From: Selaginella moellendorffii
Lineage: Eukaryota; Plantae; Lycopodiophyta
Assembly: GCF_000143415.4 (NCBI RefSeq)
Contig: NW_003314273.1
Coordinates: 1,580,052 to 1,644,051 of the forward strand
DNA length: 64,000 nt
Reading direction: 5' to 3'
The notes below the pieces were generated by a model. That model was not told where the DNA came from and did no database searches. It saw only the letters and a program-made list of their open reading frames with translations. Positions 46,001 to 60,555 of the stretch are shown piece by piece. The position numbers were made by a program, and so were the translations under genes. Within the stretch, counting starts at the first letter, position 1; every line of letters starts with the position of its first letter.

Positions 46001-48895
46001 AGGATAGTTCAATGTGGATGTGTATTGACTACCGCGCTTTAAACAAGAAGACAATGAAGGACAAGATGCCAATACCACATGTGGATGATATCCTGGACAA
46101 GGTTGGTGAAGCACGAGTGTTTATCAAGATTGATCTAAGGAGTGGATATCATCAAATTGCAATGGATGATGCATCTATCTCTAAGACAGCATTCAACACA
46201 AGCTTCAGACATTTTGAGTTTACAATTATGCCTTTTGGTTTGACGAATGCACCGACCACATTTACTTGATTGATGACGGAGGTATTTGGGCATTATCTTT
46301 ATGAGTTTGTGGAGATTTTCTTGGACGATATTCTTGTTTTAGCAAGAATATGGAGGAGCATAGGGTGCATTTGCGCAAGGTTTTTTTGTTACTTCGAGAC
46401 AGCAAACTTTATGCGAAGAAGAGCAAATGTGAATTTGCAAAGTCGGAGGTGGAATATCTCGGCCATATTGTGACATCTAAGGGTGTCAACACAGATCCAA
46501 GGAAGGTGGCTGTGGTGGAAAATTGGCCTGCACCGACTACAGTGGCTGAGTTGTGCAGTTTTCTTGGTATGGCTAGTTACTACCGACGTTTCCAGCATAA
46601 GTTTGCAGAGGTGGCTATTCCTTTGATGCGGTTGTTACGCAAGAATGTGCCATTCGAGTGGAAGAAGCCACAAGAGGAGAGTTTTGTGGCGCTGAAACGA
46701 TTGTTGAGCTACTTCGCATTGCTGATCCATCGAAACCTTACAAGGTGACATGTGATGCGAGTGGTTATGCACTGGGAGGAGTTCTCATGCAAGAGGGACA
46801 GCCTATTGCATATGAGAGTCAAACTTTGAATTCCGCAGAGCAACGCTATTCCACATATGAGCAAGAGTTACTCTCTATTGTTCATGCTTTGTGGACATGG
46901 CGGCACTATCTTTATGGTGCAATGTTCGCGGTGTGGACAGATCACAAACCACTTGTGTATCTTTTCACACAGAAGGAGTTGAACACTCGGCAAGCTCGTT
47001 GGATGGTGAAACTCATGGAGTTTGGGGAGTTTCCTATTGAGCATTGTCCGGGAAAATCAAATGTGGTGGCAGATGCTTTATCTCGTGTTCGTCATGTGAC
47101 GACGTTACAAACACGATTTTGTCATCATTTGAGTAAGGTGGTCAGCGAGTTTGGGCAGTTGGTTGAGCATGCTCAGGCTCAGGATGCTAAGGTGGCCTCT
47201 TTGCGAGACCAGATGGAAGCTCCTTTCTCATTGGTGGATGGGATTCTCTACTACAATGGCTGTGTATATTTGCCACGGGTGGATGCATTAATTACTCAAG
47301 TTTTATTCCACTATCATGATCGTCCAGAGGCCGGTCATTTTGGGGGGATGAAGACGTATGAGTTGATTAAGCGCAACTTTTATTGGAGGAATATGAAGGC
47401 TGATATCCTCAAGTATTGTAAATCATGCGAGCTTTGTCAGCGGGTTAAGGTGCCACTGGAGAAGCTGGGGGGACTTTTGCAACCTTTACCTATTCCTCAG
47501 AGCCGTTGGTGTAGTATCTCTATGGACTTCATTAGTTGTTTGCCACGAACACAGAGGCAAAAGGAGCAAGTATGGGTCATAGTGGATTGATTGACAAAGT
47601 ATGTGCGGTTGTTGGCTCTTCGGAAGAATGTCATTGCCTCGGACTTGGCTGCGGTTTACTTGGAGAAGATTTGGCGTAGGACATCATTAGTGATCAAGAT
47701 TCAAAGTTCACCAGTGGATTTTGGAAAAGCTTTGCAAAGGCTATGCAAGTGACTTTGAAACTCTCGAGTGGAGATCATCCTCAGATGGATGGGCAAACCG
47801 AGTGTGTGAATCAGGTGGTGGAGGATATGCTACATTGTAGCATTGGTCAAAGGCAAGGATAGTGGGATTTATATCTTCCGTTGGTGCAATTTGCTTACAA
47901 CAATAGCCAACACAGTGGAACCAAGCTAAGTCCTTACTTTGCCATGTTTGGAAGGCATCCTCAAACAGCGGTGGAGTTGGGATTGCATTTGAGTAAGGAC
48001 GTTCAAGATAAGCTTGATTCCGAGGCAACTAATCTGGCCACAGAACTTGATGAGATTCTGGTGGTGTGCAAACGGAATTTGCAAGCAGCTCAGGATAGAG
48101 CGGAGAAGTTTGCCAATGAGCATCGCCAATTCCTGGAATATAAGGTGGGTGATCTTGTCTTTGTGCACGTGATCTTTCCATCAAGTGAGCAGCAGAACAC
48201 CTTGGTGCCTTTACAGACAGGGAAGAGTGATAAACTTTCCTATCGATATGCTGGTCCATATGAAGTGTTGGAGTGCATTGGTAAAGCGGCTTATAGGGTG
48301 CAGCTGTCAGCTGGGGTGAAAATTCATCTGGTATTTTATGTCAGCTAGTTGAACAGTGTACTATCTCGGAGTGACGGGCCCAATGCCTCCTTGATGTATA
48401 CGGCTGTGGAAATTGGACCAGGAGCTTGAGCAGGGTTCCCCAGAAAGGGTGATCACCGGTACAAACTCGTCCTTGGGACAAGGACTTTGTTGGGGGGGGA
48501 AGAATTGTTAGGCGCCAGCTTTGACTAGGTGGTCAACGTTGGTCAAAGGGAGGCTCAAGGGTATATTAAGGCATGTTAGGGTAAGGGACTTAACCTACCC
48601 TAGGGGCTCACAGTGGAGCGGCAGCGCAGTGGAGCTTTTGAGGTAGCTCGGGGGTGGTTGGGTGGTGAGGAACCTCAAGAGGTGGCGTAGCATAGTCTAG
48701 GGCGACTAGATCTCTGTCTTTTTGCGCCGGATCATAACAGTCTCAGAGTTGGTTTTGGACTCGGTCTTGAACTTGATATTAGAGTCAGTCTTGGACTTGA
48801 TCTTGGACTTGGTCTCATCTAATGAACTCTTTATCATTCCAATCATAGTTTCAAGGATCCTTTGCCTAGGACACCTAGGGGAGTTGGTTCCTTAC
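43060..48895 (-). repeat. Old family-A LTR split by element E (43060-43903 and 48740-48895)
   Basis: Diverged match to the A LTR; resumes after E and ends GGTTCCTTACA at ~48895. Confidence 0.75.
43904..48739 (+). mobile_element. Ty3/Gypsy element 'E' (gag-prot-RT-RH-INT, degenerate)
   Basis: TSD GTCTC (43899-43903, 48740-48744). 3' LTR 48506-48739 (TGTTA...TAACA); 5' LTR 43904-44080 lacks its 3' end. PBS TGGTATCAGAG at 44081; PPT 48492-48504. Motifs CHHCDELGHYKADC, LLDSGS, FLDD, TCDASG, YAGPY. Confidence 0.92.
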
Positions 48896-49679
48896 AGTAT
48901 GGTGATAAAACACCATGCTTATATCAGGAATAGAGTCGTGATATATCTTTGTCTACAAAGACAACTCTGATGCAATACAAATCTCTCTAAGCATTAGGGA
49001 AGTGATGAGTACACAAATGGACAACACTAGGCGAACAATGAATGCCAAAGTTGTAAAAGAAATTCCACAACTTAGACCACAAAGTTTGACACATGATATG
49101 CCTATAGATGTTGCAAAACCATTGGTTGTATATATAGCCAATGAGGTGAGTTGCCAAGAAGATCACGGCCAAGAAACTCAAGGGGACAAAGAGGACGACG
49201 TTACAAAAGAGAGTCTAGGTGAACCCAAGGAGTACAGGCTAAGTCTTCTCTAGTCCACCTACACATATCTTCTCAAGTAGAGCAAAAGAAGAAAGCTTAG
49301 GTGAAATGGAGTTATGCCTAAGTATACGCATCTAAAGAAGAAACACTCGACCTAGGTAATGCTTGTCATAGACAAGTGAAAAGCAGTTAGGAATGGTTAC
49401 AAAATCATGTCATATATAAGTAGCATTTAGACATGCTGGAAAACACTCCCACTCACTTTTGTATGCATTTGCATTGAATTAACCATCTTTTCTCTCGCCA
49501 ATGACTGTTTGTGTAAAGTAGAGTTGAGAGAATGACATATGCTTATAAGTCTTTACTCACGCTTTTGGGGTTCAAAGCTAAGTTTTTTTCTATTCTCTTC
49601 TTTACATTCTTGTCTCTATTTTTTTATCACTATTTTGTATGCAGGGGCAAAAATGCGAGTATAGGTAAAAAAAGCCTTA

Positions 49680-50000
49680 CTCAGCACTCAAGTGGGGCAT
49701 AACTCCTCTTGGCTTAAAGTACCATAATTAGTTTCTCTTTCAGGAGTGGGAACTTCTCTTGAGCATTTTCTTGAGAGGCTTCTCTAGCACCCTTTAAGTC
49801 TATGCTCACTACTATTTAATGTTGATAACCCCTAGTTTTAACCCCAATATGGTTTGAAAGCACCCTTGAGAGTTCATTGAAGATTGAGTCCTTAGCCTCA
49901 CTATCCATATTATAATTTTAGAATCCTCTATAGCCCCACCCTCCAAAAGACAATTGGTTTGGGCTTTCACCCCATGATGTGTAATAGTATTCGGACTTGG
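49680..50000 (-). repeat. Very decayed family-A LTR fragment
   Basis: CTCAAGTGGGGCA, GGAGTGGGAACTTCTCTTGAGCA and TTTGGGCTTTCACCCC blocks in LTR order. Confidence 0.55.
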
Positions 50001-50769
50001 ATATATTGGGCCCTAAACATGTCTACCCTTTGATATATGTGGTCCAAACTTGGTTTAAACTCTTTATCGTTTTGGTCAAGAATTTCTCATTCCTTTTGCT
50101 TCATCCAGAATAGCTGATACCTTTCACAGCCATAGTCTATACTGCTTTTGCTAGCATTTCTTCAACGAAAGAAATTTGAAAGGAGGTAAGAAACTAATTC
50201 TTATTGATTCTTTGCTTCCTCTAGAATGACTGACTTCTTTCTAAGTGAGCAAGTATAGCTAGACTTGGGGGTGGTGTTGACATGTACTTCAAAGTGGGAA
50301 TTTTTATTGTTGCTTCAATAGGTTTGTTTTCTCATAGCATTATTTTTGTAGACAGCTTTCTTTGAGCAGTGCAGAGAATGGCAAAAGGAAGCTGGCATTG
50401 GAATTGATTGAGTCTTAGTAAGAAGTATACAGAAATGTCTGGGATGTCTCATCACATAAGATGCCAAGCATACTCACTTATAGATTAGGCAGACGAGAGA
50501 TGTGAAACTAAATTTTTTGATTTGGAACTAATCTAATTTCTTTATTATAAAAATACTTTATATTTTTTAAAAGTCTAGATTAATTACTAAAATAGAGAAG
50601 AATGAAACTAAACCAACGGTATAAATAATGGTTCAAAACCAGGGTTCAGAAACCAACCATGGTTTAGGGTTTTTTCTTACAAAAACCTGGGTAGGTTTCT
50701 TAGTTTTGCATGGTGGACTTTATCTGAATGCAATGAATGCATTTTCAACACATCATTCAAACACCAGTT

Positions 50770-51000
50770 GAATAGAGGTGTTTGATGGAGCTGCAAGATT
50801 CACAAACCATACCAGTGCAGCACCCTGCAAACATAGAGGAAGTTCTTCAAGGTATGGCATATTATCCTAACCATGGTATGTAATGCCATCAAGAAATGCA
50901 TGATCCACAAGTGAGCATCCTCTGTAGGCAATCCTAAGAACAATGTCTGATGAAGATGAGGATTAGATTGATCAAATAAACATTGCAACAAGTATTGCAT
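50770..51000 (-). pseudogene. Possible retrotransposon gag fragment
   Basis: EDAHLWIMHF and, in another frame, LCLQGAALVWF resemble a Gag capsid segment. Confidence 0.3.
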
Positions 51001-51426
51001 GCCTTCTGATCTTAAGCAACCATCTCATGCCAAAACCGACAAGGAAAACAATCACTCTCACAACCTTTCATCAACAAAAAATCATGCTGGTGACAAAAAG
51101 CTACCTGACATCTCCACCAACCCTATATGGCAAAAGAGAGGTATCTTTATATACTTATATTATATACTCTCTCTTACTCCTTTTTATAATTTTAAGTGTG
51201 TTGGCTAACAGCCAAGGACTGATTTCAAAAACACTAGCATAGCAATTTTCCTGCATGAAAATAAGAATTGCCATATAAAAAGAGTTTTGCTTGTGAGGTC
51301 TCTATGTATGGTATACATATATATACCATGTAGATATGGATCATATTAGATCTGATTTGCCACGTCAGGCAATCTGGACCACCATTGTCTGTAGCTTTAC
51401 ATCCCTCTTCTCTCAATTTTTCTTGA

Positions 51427-54400
51427 TCACTCCGGAAATTCCATTGTCACAACACTACCACTTCTTGAGGTTCTAGCTGAGCCAGGCATTCCAGCTGAAA
51501 ATATGGAGCCTCTGCTCGAAATGATGCTTCCCCTTGTTGATCCAGAAACGCTTGACTTTACACTTGAAGTGTTTGATGGCATTTTAAAGCCAGCGTCAGC
51601 AACTCGTTCTTGGATAATACGGCCTAGATCAGGGTTTTCCTGAATCACAGCCTTCAGCTTATATAAAACATCTGTTACTGTTTCTCTTGCTTCAGACAGT
51701 TGCATTTCCTTTGCAATGCGCTCAGCATCTAAGTCCCTATAGTGGACGAACTTCTTAAGTCAATGTAAAAGTTTTGATTTCTCAAGTACCCATATGATTC
51801 TTTCAGTTTTGATGCCAGCCTTTCAAATCGTACAGTTGCTCGCCGTTGTTTCTTGGTGTGCTCCTTGTTATCTTTTTCAGCTGTCTCAACTTGATGTTGG
51901 AGGATGTTCAAGGTCTCCAACTCATGACTCTCTTTTTCCTCCATGGTGGCATTTCTCTGTTCGGCTTGATCAAATTCCTAAAAGAGCCACCATACGCATA
52001 TGGCACTTGGAACAAGTTTGGTGCAATAACTTACTTTCAGCAAAGCCCGCTCCAATTCTACCTTGTTTTGATGCCGCTCTTTGGCTTGCTCAAAGACTAC
52101 CTTCAAATGTGCTTTTTCATTCTCAAGCTTCAGTGTGTTTGCAGTCTTATGACTGTTCCTGTAGAGTGTGTTGGCGTCTTTTACATCTTCAAAAGCCCTT
52201 GCAAGAGACGAAACGTCTGCTTGGACCTGGAAAGTAAGATAAACAGTAGAAACCTAGAAATGTAAACAAATGTGTTGCATAAATAAAACCTATCTGACCT
52301 GTTTGACCTCCTGTTCAAGTTTATAGCCTTCTCGCTGAATTTCTTCTCGCTCCTGTGCAGCTTTAATGACAAAATAATTTGGTGACCTTTCTGCACTCTT
52401 TTCGATTTTGACTCTATTTAGTATAACTTCGTATTTGGATCGAAGCTGGGAAAGGAGAGTATGTTAGTACTCTCTATCAAGTACACTATGACCACCTTCT
52501 CAACAGCTACTGCCATCTTATTCCTTTGCATAAGCATAAAGTGCAAGTCATCTTGTAAGCTTTTTAATTCAGACATATGTCTTTCATGTCGACTACCAAT
52601 CTCCCGTCGACATTCCTCCATACTCATCTGAAGTCTTCTTTTTGTGCTCTCCATTCCAAAAACGGCATCTTCAAATATATACAAACCGTATAAAGAAAAA
52701 AAAAATCATTTAAAGCTTATCATCCTAGTTCATACATCATACCGGCATTCTTGTTTAGCATTCCCTGGAGGCGATTAACTTCCATCTGCAGAAGATCACG
52801 CGAAAGCATCTTTTCTTCCTTTTCCTTTACAAGGTTCTGCTGGTATACGAATGTGAGTACCAGATTCACTCTAGCCAGTGATTACCTTGAGGGTATGAAG
52901 CCCTGTTTCTGACTCTAATGACAGTTCAGCATTCTTTTCCTCAATTTGATTCAGTTTTCTTGTTAATTCTTCACGTTTGCGTACTGCCGCTCTAAGATCG
53001 TCTTGAGATTTTTTGAGCTGAAAATACTCAATTATGAAAATTAACATATTTCATTGTCAACCGTACCTGCTGCAAAACAATCACCTCCTCTGCTAGTTTC
53101 TCCTGCAATTCCTGTTCAAGCTGCTGAATTTTTGCATTAAACTCACGAGCCTCCACATCACTTGTCTCACCACCGGCTCGGGCTACTTTCCTCTCAAGGC
53201 ACTGTATCTGGAACTCGGCCGAGTACAGCACCTCTTCTTGCTTGATCATGCTCGATTCTAACTGATGAATCTGATTAGTCAGAGATTTTGCTTGTGATTT
53301 GGCCCCATGGATTTCAAATAGAATATCTTTCTCTGCAATATACCACCAAGTTTACACAAGAAAGAACACAGGTCAGGCCACCTTTCGCTTTCATGTCGTT
53401 TAGTTTCTCAGACTCCTTAAAATGTCTCTCACGTAAGTCAGACACCTCTTTTCTTGCAACCTTTAGATTAACTTCCTCAGTTGCAAGGATTTTTTCAAGC
53501 TCATGTCTCTTCTTGTCCAGTGTGTCAAGAAGCATGTACTCATCCTCGACTTTTATCCTTAAATCTGCTAGTTTCTTTTCTACTAATTCGAGTTTCTTCC
53601 TCTTATTTACAAGGTCCTGTTTGAATAGACATCATTAGAAGCAATTGATAAATCAAATACAACTTGCCTCTTCTACTTGCGTTTTCTTGGCTTTCTCGTT
53701 AGCTAGATCATTTATTGCGCGTGTCACTCGGCTTTTCAAAAGTTCTAACTTTTCTTCCGCGTCTTTTGTGCTAAAAAACAATAACACTGTGTATAACAGC
53801 AGAAAATGAAGATCTATTTACTTGGCAACTCCAGTTTTGAGATCATCCCGTAATTTTGAAATGTCCTCTTCCACCAATTCGATTTGCCTGTCAAATTCCA
53901 GCTGACATACCATATCTATTAGACTAGAGCATTTTGCATAGCCAAAAATATCTCACATTTTTATCGACTTCTCCATCTAGATTGGTAGACAGACCATCCA
54001 GCTGCCTTTTTTTGTGGCGAAGTACAGCTTTGTTTGCTGCAAACTCTTCGGCAGCTTTATGAATGCCTTCGTCACGCATATGGATAGCTTCTATTGTCTC
54101 CTCCCACATGACAACGAGCTTCTGTCTCTCATTTTGTAAATCTCTGTTTGATCGTGAAAGAAAAATAAATAAATCGCTGCAATTCCACGTACTTGAAAAC
54201 TTCTGCCGTTCTGTTCAGCTGAATCTGTGCACTCTGAGTTTCGGTAACTTCATCATCAAGCTGCTGCTGGAGATTATAAAGGCCTCCAGAGGCTTTTTCT
54301 AGTTCAAGGTAAAGCTCTTTGAGTTTAGAACTATCATTCTTCGTATAGCTCTGTAGTGCAACACTATCCTCGTCTTTCTGCCTAGCTGCTTGCATCCATT

Positions 54401-55266
54401 GATCCAACTCTTCCTGCTCCCTACATGACACGTGTTAGTAAGATGATAACTAGACAAATCAGATTATCACAAGTGTTACGTCCTCATATAAGAAACTAAA
54501 CCTGATTCCATTGCATCAAAAGTCGAAATTCGTCCATTTTCTCGTTACCACTATTGATAGCGGCCTTAAGTCCCCTCATGCGATCATTGAGTTCATCCGT
54601 GTCTTTCTCAAACTTACGAATCTCTCTCTGAAATAAAGAGTACGATAAATAAGGAACGGAATTAATTGAACAGTTCTTACCTCTAGCCTTTTCGCTTCCA
54701 TTTCCGATATTTTCCTCAAATTCTCTTCTGTGAAAACTTCTCTTCGTTTGACATCGGCTCTGAGCTGTGTAAATGTGATCTCTTGCCTTACACGTTTCAT
54801 ATGCTCTTCCATTATAGACGATCTTTCCTCTTGTTCTTCCACTAATTCCTGTACAAGAGAGACTAGGTAATTACTGCACTTTGACCGTTAAGTTTTATCA
54901 AACCTCAACATCACGAAGTTCTTTCTCAGCTTTCAATACATCTTTGTTAAGCGCATTAACCTCATCACTTGCAAATCCTGGCAAGAAAGAGAGATCAATA
55001 AGACCACCCACACTCTCCTGCTTAAGTCCCAATTCCGAGACCATCTTCTTCATCTTCGACATTCGTTGTTTCATTTGAGCCTTGAGTTCTTGTGGCTGCT
55101 CCCCACTCGCGCTGGCAGCCTCAAATCCCACTGCTTTGCTCGGTGTTTTCTGTTGTTGAAGCATTGTCCATCCTCCACGCTCTTCCTTATCATCATTCTC
55201 CACACCCTGACTAACATCAGGTGCTCGCTCAGGTGGCGAAGAAACGCTCACTTCTTTCTCCGTCAT
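51427..55266 (-). CDS. CCDC39: Coiled-coil domain-containing protein 39 (96-nm axonemal ruler, FAP59), multi-exon
   Basis: QEELDQWMQAARQKDEDSVALQSYTKNDSSKLKEL, EVTETQSAQIQLNRTAE, WEETIEAIHMRD, YSAEFQIQCLERKVARAGGE, HICVWWLFRN; many ~50-nt GT-AG introns. Confidence 0.9.
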
Positions 55267-55566
55267 TGCTTACAAAAAAACTATGCACATGAACCTAACC
55301 CTAGACAAATATTCTTTCGCCACATTTTCACTGAGCTAAATACTTTTTGGCAGAGGTTTGATGCTGGAAGCAGATAACTGACGGCAGAAAGTCATAGCGA
55401 GCAATAAAATTGTGCCAGTAAATTGGGTGGTCCATACTTTCACTAATTTAGTGTACCAGTGTTCTGGCATTGGATGAAAAACGCTATAATTCTTTCTTCT
55501 TTCCCTCTTGGACAAAGGAAATAAATTTCACATGCACCAGCTCAGGACAGAACTTGCAACCTTCTT

Positions 55567-58500
55567 CTATTTAAAAAGATGCATAGCACTGGGATGGTTT
55601 TCTAGTGGCGAATGACAGAGCGAGCAATGAACCTTGTACTTGAGCTTGGAAGATATCATGAGAGATTTGCAGTAGCCGCACTTGACAAAATCTTCGTGCA
55701 AGATTTGAGTTCCACTTGCCATACATATGGGAAAAGTTGCCGTACATTTAGGTGTCGGACACCTACGCTTGAGTTCATCCTATAACGCAAGAAAAAAAAC
55801 TCCTCTCTATATTTGAGATGTTTAAATCAGCTTTTACCTCCAAAGAGACTCCACACCTCAAGCATTTTCGTATTCCACTGCTTACTTTTGCATTACTAAC
55901 AGGTTGATGCCTTGAAAAGATGGATGCTGCCATTTCTTTATAGTCCTTTCGTTCTTGTTCTGGAATGCTACGATTTAGCTCCAGCACAGTAAAGGCCCTG
56001 CTGCATTGCTCGTAATACTGTAAAACATTGACACATAATTAGCTATGCTTCTTAATACGACCAACTTACCCCACAGAAGTATGATGTGAGTGCAATGAGG
56101 GAGTATATACTATGCGGTTGTAACACGTCTTCATAATCTTTCAGCCACCACGAAACCTGCATGACAAATGGAGACTTCCGCAAGCGCACAAATGCTATTA
56201 CCTTTGCCGCTTGTTCCAGATTTCCAGAATAAAGCTCGCGGTGAGCAAGCATCCAAAGGTGGTATGCTTCTGCGTTGTGCCAGGCGTTCCGAATATCCAT
56301 ATCTGAGAGATCTAGAGAGTCTGCATTGTGCTGCAACATAGAGGTAACAATAGCTTACAGATTACAAATATACCTGTAAATCCAGTGATCTTGCTATATA
56401 AGCTTCCATTTCAAAGGCAGCAAGCACGTATATTTTCTTAACTTCCAATGCATGACTCTGCAAAATATTATCAGCAAAATATTGGGACCTGTTGGAACCT
56501 GCCTTTGTGAATGAGATTATCTTGGCATGCTCATTGAGTAGGTTCACTACTTGTAAATGCTTCCCTGCCTTTTGGAGAACGTAAATAGCTGACACTGTGC
56601 TACCAGATTCTAAAAGCTCATTTATGAAGGTTCTGAGTCTTTCTTGCGTTTCTTTTTCACAATTATGTAACTCTGCCAGCTTGATTGCTTTGTCCCAATC
56701 GTTCAATTGCAAGCAGCAGTTTAAAGCTCCCTTTATGTTACCCGATCTTGTAAAACCTGTGACCTAAAAAAAACCAGACTGATTGAGAAGTTTTTGAAAG
56801 TTGATGGCGTTATTACCGCATGCTCACAAACGCCAATGTTCATAAATTTTCTTGCTATAGATTCCAGAAGGGGCGAACCATCTTCAACATAGTCCATAAG
56901 TTTTTGCAGTTTGGTCCAGTGCTGAAGTTCAGAGTAACATTCGGCCAACATCTGAAAATTTTTTGCTTTGCTATAATATCTTTCAGCGTCATTCCAATTT
57001 TGCGTGACAACAAAGTGATCACCGATATTGTTCCAGGTTAGCTTCAGAAGTGAGTTGTTCCCAGGAAAGTTTTCCAAAAGCTTCTCCACTCTGAGACCAG
57101 AAAGAAGTTAAAAACTCTCTTTAGAAAAGAAACGTATTACAGGAACCAATCCCCCATTTTCATTCGCATGTGAATGGCAAGATCCTTCCTATCTATGTTG
57201 ATATAGATTCTTTCAGCATCCTCAAACCTTCTAAAGTACGCACATACCTGAGATAGTCGAGTTAGCGATCTAGAGAGAAGTCGATTGCAACAAACCTCTG
57301 CATTTTGCAGGTTCTTGTCTCGAAGAGCTTCGACTTTCTTAACAAACTGTATGCCATAGTAGTTTTTGCACTTTACAAACGCCTGCACCAAAATTATGGT
57401 GAAAAGACGTATTCTTCGTCATATTTACCTTTGCAGCAACACTGAAGTCAAGGTGCTCCAAAGCATGTTCAGCAAGGGATGTCCATAGGCGTGGATGTCC
57501 ATGCTCTTCTACATAGCTGTAGGCGTCTTGAATTTCAACCGCTTGGAGAATTTGATGTGTATCACGTAAGGATTTGGTCTCATAACTGAAAATATGGGCT
57601 CTTGTTGGCTGCTCTGGCTGTTGCATAACATCGTCAAGCCGAATTGCTAACACCTGTAGCAGTTGTTGCTGAGTAAGACAGAAGAAAACATAGCACAGCA
57701 CCTGTAGGTTGTGAAAACTACAAAAATATGCATTGCAAGAAACAGGCTCTTCAAGTTCGGTACCCCTAAGAACGTACATCCGAGATCTTTCCATTATCAC
57801 GATCAAATCTGGATTGTCATCCGCCCATTTCATATTCCATACAGCCTTACGTTCGAACTCCGACTTTCGGTCCTGAAGCACATCTCAATAGTGCTTGATT
57901 GTGTAAATCATTGCAGTTACCATGTGAACATTATTTCGGAAAGAAAATGATCCATTAACATCAATTACTGCTAATCTCGTGGAGTCACTGTTCACGTCAA
58001 TAGCTGGCCATAGAATACAGAGAAAAAGATTAAAAATATGGCAACTGATACCTTACCTTGAGGCCTGCATTCTAAAAACATCTTCCCTGCTAATTTATGT
58101 GAAGGCAGTTCGTACCAGTGTAACACACCGGACTCACAGCCAATCCAGAAGTTTGTCTGTGAGCAGAAGACGCAACATATTTGGTCCATCTTGTCCTACC
58201 AGAAAACAAAATATGTAGAGTCCATTTGTAAAGTTATATACCTGATTGATGCCTGTATTGATTTTCCAGTCCAAACAATATGTATGATCTTTGGATTCCT
58301 TGCTTAGATCATTGCTGAAAGAACTTAGCAGTTGTTTGGAAGGTAGTAATGGTAAAGAATCTCGATAATTCCATACATACACATCAGTTTTGGATGCCAC
58401 AAAAACTTGATTCTGAATAAACAAAATAAAGCTCTTTAGTCAGGCCTATTCCCATATCTTACTTCATTCATAGTCATGAAGACTGGTTCTATGGTCATGT

Positions 58501-60094
58501 GGTTTGACTCAAGAGGATTGCCAATGGCATTGCAAAGTATAAGAATATATTGATTAGGTTCCTCTTCCTGATATTTGAAAAAAACGAAAACTGATTATTC
58601 CTTTTATCAATAGCCTAGTACCTTTGTAGCCAAAACACAATGGCCTCCAGAACCGCACACAGCACAAAGTCTGTTGACGTGTTTCAAGTACCTGTAACCA
58701 ACAGTAGCTCTCTGAGGACAAAACACACAAAATGAAGTAACTGCAAATGATTAACCTGTCACCAGTAGTTACATCCCAGAACATTACACAGTGCTCATCA
58801 GGGTGTTTTTTTTTAAAGCTATATACACATGTACTTTGGCCAATGAAAGTCCACTTGTAGTCAGGCCTAATACTTGCGAGGTATATGCTTGCATCCACTC
58901 CAATTGCTAACCTCAAGCCAGTCCCTTCCCATGTCACTGCCCTGAAAGTGAGAAAAAAAATAAACCCTCAGTGTCATCTTTCAATGCATTGTACCTAACT
59001 TTGGTGTTTGGCACGTGAAGGGTTCTCAAGTGAAATCCCAGTGGGGAAAAGAGTTTCACTATTGAGTTAGTATCCTCCTGGGTTTTTTTGTAGCCAGCTA
59101 CAGCGAGTACTGTACCATTGGGGTTCCACCTGATTGAGGCAGTCGTCATTTCTGCAGTTACAAGAATAGGTTCTCCGTCAAGCTCATGCCTCATTAGCTG
59201 GGAAAAAGAAGTTATTTTTGTAAGAAAAATCAGCATGCAGGTTACCTGAATTTTACCACTTTCAAGTGCTATTGCAAGTATTGGAGGATAAGTGTCATCT
59301 AGACCTTCAAACCCATCATACCAATGTAAACCAACAATATCGGAATCCACTTCAAATCGTAATGCAAGACTGGAAACAAAGCTGCCATGGCAGTCATATA
59401 ACAAGCATTTTCCCTGAGAATATTAAAGCTGAAATTGTCAGGCTGTTGATGATTGTTAGTACTAACCTCTTTAGTACATAAAAGCACAAGCCTACCATCT
59501 GGTGACCACTCGACAAGCACAAGCCGGTGATTAAGCTCCTTTCCCCAAATTCTATTTCCATCCACATTTCCCAACACTGCATGGCCATCTTCATATATAA
59601 AACAAATTTTACGGCCGTCAGAAGACCATCTCATGTCACGAACAACGCTCGTGCTGCGGTTGTTAATCATTTCCTCAAACCACATTCCCTGTAAGTACAC
59701 ACCTACTAAAAGTGATCACCTTTCTAAAACAGTTGACACCTTATGAAGTATCCAAACGATGATGAGTCCATTCTCATCACTTGACGTCAGCTTTCGGTAG
59801 TTTTGATTCCAGTTAACTACTAGGATGGAACCCCGGTGCCCTTCAAGCGTCTGGTTCATGGAAAGGTTCGATTGCGTGGTGAAAAACCCATCGTCCTTCA
59901 CTCCGGATGCATCTTGGAGCTTGAGAACCTGTCAGAGTATAGAGCCTAGCATCCCAAGCAAACTCCCAGAAACCCACCTTGACAATGCCATGATCAGTCC
60001 CGCAGGCCAGCCATCCCTGTTGCGCGTTCCAAGACAGGCTCCTGAGCTGCAAACCGTGTGGAATGCTGATCTTCTTGCTCAAATAAATATACAT
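55567..60094 (-). CDS. WDR35: WD repeat protein 35 / IFT121 (IFT-A), multi-exon
   Basis: MYIYLSKKISIP...GWLACG, NLSMNQTLEGH, WFEEMINNR, YETKSLRDT, HPRLWTSLAEHAL, AEAYHLWMLAHRELY; C-terminal zinc finger ending CHSPL...*. Confidence 0.96.
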
Positions 60095-60555
60095 TTTTAT
60101 GCCCTAATAGAGTGAAAGGGTGAAAAGAACAAAGGATCTTCATTAGATAGACTTGAAATGGGATTTCGATGGATGTACCCAGTGCATTTGTCAGCAGAGG
60201 CGGAGCCTTTAAGGCTCTGAAGCTGTCCCTGCTTGTTCTCAATCGGATAGACATTGTTCTCAATCCATCTCTATGTTCGCCGTCTCCTGCGGTAGTATTT
60301 AATGAACTCTCGTGTATGATTACAGAAGGTGATGGTCATAATTGTGATCTATTGCGCTTTGGGGCCGACTGTTAAAACTTGCAAGATATCGATCTCACTT
60401 GTATTATTGCCATCGTCATTTAGGGGCTCTTTTTCTGATTGACATGTATTAGTTAATCAACACCGTCAATCATGACAGGCCAGCGCTCAACTGTATGATT
60501 AACTATGCATGACCTGACCTGAACACCGTTCAACATTAACTACCTAGCAAATACT

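Noticed and set aside
50600-50700. AAACC/GGTTT-rich MITE-like patch
   Set aside because: No clear TIR pair or TSD could be defined.
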